A stretch of DNA of 30,195 bases. It comes from a virus (taxonomy: Duplodnaviria > Caudoviricetes). The DNA lies in the IMG/VR virus record IMGVR_UViG_3300020042_006291, positions 1 through 30,195 of that record, one strand, 5' to 3'. Positions 26,142-30,195 of this stretch are shown piece by piece. Every line of letters starts with the position of its first letter. Position 1 is the stretch's first letter. The translations under genes were made by a program, and so were the position numbers. The notes under the pieces were generated by a model. That model saw only the letters and a list, made by a program, of their open reading frames with translations. It was not told the DNA's origin and searched no databases.

Positions 26142-26173
26142 AAAAAAAGGGTTACACGAATGCAACCCCTTTT
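26142..26173 (-). terminator. Intrinsic terminator after the tail tube gene
   Basis: GGGTTGCA-TTCG-TGTAACCC then T7. Confidence 0.85.
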
Positions 26174-26197
26174 AGTTATAACCAATAAAACTTCTTT

Positions 26198-26749
26198 TTA
26201 TACCGTAATTATAGCTCCACTTAAAATAGTTGATAATTGCGCTTCGGTGTTACAATCAAGGAAATTAGCTGGAACCGCTTCTTGACCCGTAAATGTTAAT
26301 CCGTATCCGTTCATATCGCCCAAAACCGTACCATTTCCGATAGTTCCAGCGGTTACGTCCATTCCTCTTGCTAGTCCAGCCATAAAAAATTGATTGGCAT
26401 TTGTTCTAACAACGATATTTGGTCGTCCGTAAGTAAGTAACTTAACTTCTTTATGCGTTTGTACGTCTTGTTTCTTTAATTGAATAGACAAAACTTGTTC
26501 GAAAAATGTTGTTCCGTTTTCACGTGAACTTGTTATTGTTGTTTCAAAAGAATTCGTTCCTTTTAATTCAAATTTGTAAATTGGTGTTGCTAAGGGTAAA
26601 GCAATTGCCGAAATTTCGTCTGTTCCAGCGGTATAAGTAACGTCGGTTGTTGCGTCGTATAACCCGTAGTTTAATATGTAGATAGCTTGAAGTCCGCCGA
26701 CAACGTCTTTGCATTGCTCCAAACGTCCGTTTGATATATCACAACTCAT
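26198..26749 (-). CDS. Major tail tube protein
   Basis: 183 aa, beta-rich (SRENGTTFFEQ.L, GYGLTFTGQE); co-transcribed with the capsid gene. Confidence 0.65.
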   Translation of the reverse strand: MSCDISNGRLEQCKDVVGGLQAIYILNYGLYDATTDVTYTAGTDEISAIALPLATPIYKFELKGTNSFETTITSSRENGTTFFEQVLSIQLKKQDVQTHKEVKLLTYGRPNIVVRTNANQFFMAGLARGMDVTAGTIGNGTVLGDMNGYGLTFTGQEAVPANFLDCNTEAQLSTILSGAIITV

Positions 26750-26776
26750 TTTGTATGTATTTAATTGTTTATAATA

Positions 26777-26794
26777 GGGGCGGTTACCCGCCCC
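26777..26794 (-). terminator. GC hairpin between capsid and tube genes (weak terminator or stabiliser)
   Basis: GGGGCGG-GTAA-CCGCCCC followed only by TATTAT. Confidence 0.55.
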
Positions 26795-26804
26795 GTTAAA
26801 TTAT

Positions 26805-27749
26805 TTATCCGTAAACTACGATGTCCTCGATTATTCCGTAAGTTGAACCTGCAGCCATTCTCATAATTACACGTACATTTTGCGAACCATCGATATCAGC
26901 CATATCAATTACTCGAACTTCTTGAGTATCGCTCAAAAGTGAACAACCAAAGTAAAGGTTTGAAGTAGTTGTTGCTAACATTGAATTATCAGGTAATCCG
27001 TTAGCCATAAATATTGGCGTTCCGTTAAAAGATAAAGCTCCGTTTGTGTACCATTGCGTACCTTGTGCGTTTGTACCCGCGTTTGCTTGTGAGTTAACAC
27101 CTAAAGCACCGAAACCACCTAAAGCGGCAACGTATGCTTTTGCTACGTTTTGAGAAACATAAATTTTTAAATCTGCTTTTCCGTACAATGAAGCAGGAAT
27201 AGCATCGTCAACTAATTGCATTTGAGCAATAACGTTAGCTGGTGTAATTACTGCGTTGTTAATCAATTGTGCGGGTGGTAATAAAGGGTCAGCTAGAGCC
27301 GTTGAAAACAATCCGTCAAATTCTCCACCAACCGCACTTGAACCTTGCCATAAAGATACTTCGTTAGCGGAAGCAACTTGAGAAGCTACGTGAGCAATAA
27401 GGTAATCAGCAAACGACTTAGGCAATACGTCAAAAGACGAAAAACCTTGTTCGATACCTTGCCAAGTTGAATGAAATTGTGATTTACAAAGTTGCATATT
27501 TACTTGTAAATCTTTAACCTCTAAAATTCTTTCAGTCAAAGAAACCGTTGAGTTTTGTTGAAAATCACAACTTGCGTCTTCTAAAACGTTAGCAGTTTCT
27601 AAACGTTGAATAACAGACTTAAATTTGATATTCGGCATTACGGTTACCCCGCCGTTTTCGATTGTTGGCGCGCTTAATAAAGCGGCACTAATGTACTTCC
27701 CCGCGAATTGACCCGCGTAAGTAGTGGTAATTGATGGTTGTGTAGGCAT
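26805..27749 (-). CDS. Major capsid protein
   Basis: 314 aa, follows protease and scaffold genes, followed by a strong hairpin. Confidence 0.8.
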   Translation of the reverse strand: MPTQPSITTTYAGQFAGKYISAALLSAPTIENGGVTVMPNIKFKSVIQRLETANVLEDASCDFQQNSTVSLTERILEVKDLQVNMQLCKSQFHSTWQGIEQGFSSFDVLPKSFADYLIAHVASQVASANEVSLWQGSSAVGGEFDGLFSTALADPLLPPAQLINNAVITPANVIAQMQLVDDAIPASLYGKADLKIYVSQNVAKAYVAALGGFGALGVNSQANAGTNAQGTQWYTNGALSFNGTPIFMANGLPDNSMLATTTSNLYFGCSLLSDTQEVRVIDMADIDGSQNVRVIMRMAAGSTYGIIEDIVVYG

Positions 27750-27774
27750 TTCTTTTTAATTTAAAATATTAATA

Positions 27775-28362
27775 TTATTTACTTATTTTTTCTAATATAG
27801 AATCCATTGTATTACGCGGTCTTTTAGCGCCTATTTTGTGGAATTCAATTTCTTTTGTATTCTCTGGGTTGAAACTAATTGGTTTAATGTCCGAAAGTTC
27901 GGTTACTTCTTCTGTAACTGCGTCAACTTTGGTTAACAATTCCAATTTAGCTTTTAACTCGTTATTTTCGTTTTTAAGCGCTTCCATTTCACTAAAGAAA
28001 GTTTCTTTAACTACGCTTTCAATTGTTTTCTTTGGTGTTGACTTTTCAACTTGTGCTTCAACTTCTTCTTCAACAACTTCTTCTTCTGCTACTGGCGCTT
28101 CTTCTTCTTCAGTTGCTGGCGCTTCCATATAATCAGCAATTATTCCTTCTTCAACTACTGACATAATCATTCCATCCTCCATTTCGTATTCACCAATTGG
28201 AACGGGTATTTTTTGCTCATCTTCTGTTATAACAAAAACTTCGTTATCCATTTCAAAAGCATCTGCTTCGATTAAGGTAACTCCATCTGCCATTTTTCTT
28301 TGTTCTAACTTAACTTCCATTCCAAGAAGTTCTTTGATTTTGTTAATTGTGCTATTTTTCAT
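27775..28362 (-). CDS. Capsid scaffolding-like protein
   Basis: Very acidic with a coiled-coil; directly upstream of the capsid gene. Confidence 0.65.
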   Translation of the reverse strand: MKNSTINKIKELLGMEVKLEQRKMADGVTLIEADAFEMDNEVFVITEDEQKIPVPIGEYEMEDGMIMSVVEEGIIADYMEAPATEEEEAPVAEEEVVEEEVEAQVEKSTPKKTIESVVKETFFSEMEALKNENNELKAKLELLTKVDAVTEEVTELSDIKPISFNPENTKEIEFHKIGAKRPRNTMDSILEKISK

Positions 28363-28377
28363 CTTTTGTTTTTATTA

Positions 28378-28737
28378 TTATAATATTTGTCTTAAATAAC
28401 CTTTTGCTTGCTCAACGTATCGATCCGCTGTAAGTAAATTAATTGCTTTTTGAAATTCGTTAGTATTTTTAATGTCAACTCCCAAATCTTTAGCTTGTTT
28501 TTCTAAAATTTGCATTAAATCATACATACGTGCTTTATTATTTTGAAACTCGTCCGCATTTACTAACGTAGATTTTGCAAAAAGTTTTGTTTCTTTATAT
28601 TGCCTGTTAAAGCCCGCTAAACTTTTTTCAGTAGCTCCTGTTAATTTTAATAAGTCAGCAATACCTGCTAATTCAACTTCGTGTTTTGCTAACTCCGTTT
28701 TGCCTATCTTGTCGTAAATTGTTTTTAGTGTATTCAT
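28378..28737 (-). CDS. Helical protein with shared 24-aa leader (putative internal head protein B)
   Basis: Starts MNTLKTIYDKIGKTELAKHEVELA. Confidence 0.6.
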   Translation of the reverse strand: MNTLKTIYDKIGKTELAKHEVELAGIADLLKLTGATEKSLAGFNRQYKETKLFAKSTLVNADEFQNNKARMYDLMQILEKQAKDLGVDIKNTNEFQKAINLLTADRYVEQAKGYLRQIL

Positions 28738-28749
28738 ATTTGATTTTTA

Positions 28750-29109
28750 TTATAATTTAATAGAACTTACTTTTTTCTTTAATTCATTTTGTTGGCTTAT
28801 TTCTGCTTTAGCTGCGTCCCTTGCTGCTTTTGCTTCATTTGGTAATGGAACACCTAATTCTTTAACAGCTTCTTCAATTCCATCTACTTCAGCAACTACT
28901 TTGTTAAAGTTATTTATGGATTGACTTAAAAGGTTATTTAAATCAACTATAGCTTGTTTTACGTTATTATTAGCTGTTACTGTTTTATCTTTAAATTTCA
29001 ATGCAGCATCTTTTAATGCAGCAATTCTTGGTAAGGAAGCTAACTCTACTTCGTGTTTTGCTAAATCCGTTTTGCCTATCTTATCGTAAATGGTTTTTAG
29101 TGTGTTCAT
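28750..29109 (-). CDS. Helical protein with shared 24-aa leader (putative internal head protein A)
   Basis: Starts MNTLKTIYDKIGKTDLAKHEVELA. Confidence 0.6.
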   Translation of the reverse strand: MNTLKTIYDKIGKTDLAKHEVELASLPRIAALKDAALKFKDKTVTANNNVKQAIVDLNNLLSQSINNFNKVVAEVDGIEEAVKELGVPLPNEAKAARDAAKAEISQQNELKKKVSSIKL

Positions 29110-29114
29110 ATAAC

Positions 29115-29140
29115 TATAATTTAATTGTTAATTTTTTGTT
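29115..29140 (-). promoter_or_regulatory. Putative late promoter AACAA-N13-AAATTATA, 5 nt before ATG 29109
   Basis: Same spacing; heads the capsid operon. Confidence 0.65.
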
Positions 29141-29148
29141 GTAAAATT

Positions 29149-29319
29149 TTATACATTTCCGATTCCTTGCGCTTGTAAACTACCATTGCAACATTTACGA
29201 GAATAGCGCTTTCCGTCCTTACATAAACAACCCCGACGACCTCCAACGGGACTTGCTCGCGGTCTTTCAATTTCTTTTTTTGCTACGTCGGAAACCTTTA
29301 TGTTTGTTGGATTTTTCAT
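29149..29319 (-). CDS. Small basic Cys-rich protein (56 aa)
   Basis: MKNPTN...SPVGGRRGCLCKDGKRYSRKCCNGSLQAQGIGNV; fills the gap after the protease. Confidence 0.65.
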   Translation of the reverse strand: MKNPTNIKVSDVAKKEIERPRASPVGGRRGCLCKDGKRYSRKCCNGSLQAQGIGNV

Positions 29320-29320
29320 T

Positions 29321-29911
29321 TTAAACTTTTTTTAATTCGCTTTTTATAATTATTTGTTTAATTTTTTGAACTAAAATTTCATCTTCGTCTATATTCATTT
29401 CGTAACGATCCGCAAAATATCCCTCAATAGAAAATCCTTTTACTTCGCCTAATTTTACTTTATTCCAAATATCGTCATTATTTACTTTCATTGAAATCAT
29501 CCAAGTTCCTTGCGGTAAATCAAAACCGTAATTTTTAGATTTGTCGTTTTCGCCTTCAATAATCCAACTTTCAACTACCGACATTCCTTTTAATTTTTGG
29601 CTATGTTCTAACGTTGAATTATTTTGGTTTGCGTTCATTAAAAATAGTTCGCTAGCTTTTCTAATTGTTGCCTTTGAAAAATAAATATAGTATTCGTCTT
29701 TGGTTTTGTCGTTACGTCTGTAAATTTGTTTATCTGGCACTAATGCAGGCCCCATTAAAATACGCTTTTCCGCGTCTATTTCTTTTAATAGTATTTCGTG
29801 TTTTGACAAATGAATAAAATTTTCTTCGATCGCCGGGGACATTACAACGCTTATTGCATCAATCCCGCTTTGGTCGTCTTTTTCGTCAATTATTAATTCT
29901 ACTATTCGCAT
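29321..29911 (-). CDS. Prohead protease (XkdF-like serine peptidase)
   Basis: LMGPALVPDK.IYR, TLEH, VESW, GTW, KGFSIEG. Confidence 0.8.
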   Translation of the reverse strand: MRIVELIIDEKDDQSGIDAISVVMSPAIEENFIHLSKHEILLKEIDAEKRILMGPALVPDKQIYRRNDKTKDEYYIYFSKATIRKASELFLMNANQNNSTLEHSQKLKGMSVVESWIIEGENDKSKNYGFDLPQGTWMISMKVNNDDIWNKVKLGEVKGFSIEGYFADRYEMNIDEDEILVQKIKQIIIKSELKKV

Positions 29912-29916
29912 ATTAT

Positions 29917-29942
29917 TATAATTAAAGTATTTTTAAATTGTT
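29917..29942 (-). promoter_or_regulatory. Putative late promoter AACAA-N13-TAATTATA, 5 nt before ATG 29911
   Basis: Same spacing; overlaps the end of the tape-measure gene. Confidence 0.7.
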
Positions 29943-30195
29943 GCATTATTTATTCGGTTACGCTCCAACGCTTGCGCGCTTGTCATTTCTGAACTAACTA
30001 CGAACGCTTGAACGGGTTTTTGTTGTAATTGCGCTAATTGATTCATTCCGTTATTTCCTACAACGTTAAATTGGGGTGCTTGGGGCGCGCCACCTCCGCC
30101 CGTTTCTCCACCACCACCACCACCGCCCGCGCTTGGTTCTGCTCCGCCTTCAAATTGCGATTCTTTTATTTTCTTTATATTTATTAAACCCGCCG
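29933..30195 (-). CDS. Tape measure protein, C-terminal part (enters from the window edge)
   Basis: AGLINIKKIKESQFEGG...APQFNVVG...VQAFVVSSEMTSAQALERNRINNATI, stop at 29933. Confidence 0.75.
   Translation of the reverse strand, partial: AGLINIKKIKESQFEGGAEPSAGGGGGGGETGGGGAPQAPQFNVVGNNGMNQLAQLQQKPVQAFVVSSEMTSAQALERNRINNATI

Noticed and set aside
28055-28125. TTC-rich repeats
   Set aside because: They encode Glu-rich low-complexity scaffold sequence.
346-28132. All plus-strand ORFs in the track
   Set aside because: Short antisense shadows of well-supported minus-strand genes, with no motifs.
30085-30128. GC-rich CCA repeats
   Set aside because: They encode the poly-Gly linker of the tape measure C-terminus.
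1-30195. CRISPR array, tRNA, integrase, reverse transcriptase/DGR, recoded stop codons
   Set aside because: None seen: no spaced repeats, intergenic gaps are tiny, no relevant motifs, and genes read normally in the standard bacterial code.

Overview
The window is an almost complete ~30 kb genome of a small tailed (siphovirus-like) phage, most likely infecting Bacteroidota (TAnnTTTG promoter boxes, DUF3127-type SSB, A-rich leaders without SD). All credible genes are on the minus strand. The tape-measure gene is split across the two window ends, so the sequence is circularly permuted with a short gap. Modules in transcription order: small early ORFs; a six-gene nucleotide-modification cluster plus a nuclease-like gene; a replication initiator with internal iterons; helicase; NinG/ERF/exonuclease/SSB; a phage sigma factor; terminase; tail genes including a -1 frameshifting chaperone; prohead protease, capsid, tail tube and portal; lysis. 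The best candidate for a new system is 14940-19269. There, a thymidylate-synthase homologue with the dCMP-specifying Asp of T4 gp42 is coupled to enzymes resembling thymidine-hypermodification proteins (aGPT-Pplase1/5hmdU-kinase-like helical protein, fold-II PLP enzyme) and an SGNH protein, suggesting an undescribed cytosine hypermodification in a phage with no DNA polymerase. Also notable are a putative ~68-nt sRNA antisense to early translation starts and a rigid AACAA-N13-WAATTATA-N5-ATG late promoter implying leaderless mRNAs. All family calls come from motifs read by eye; no searches were run.
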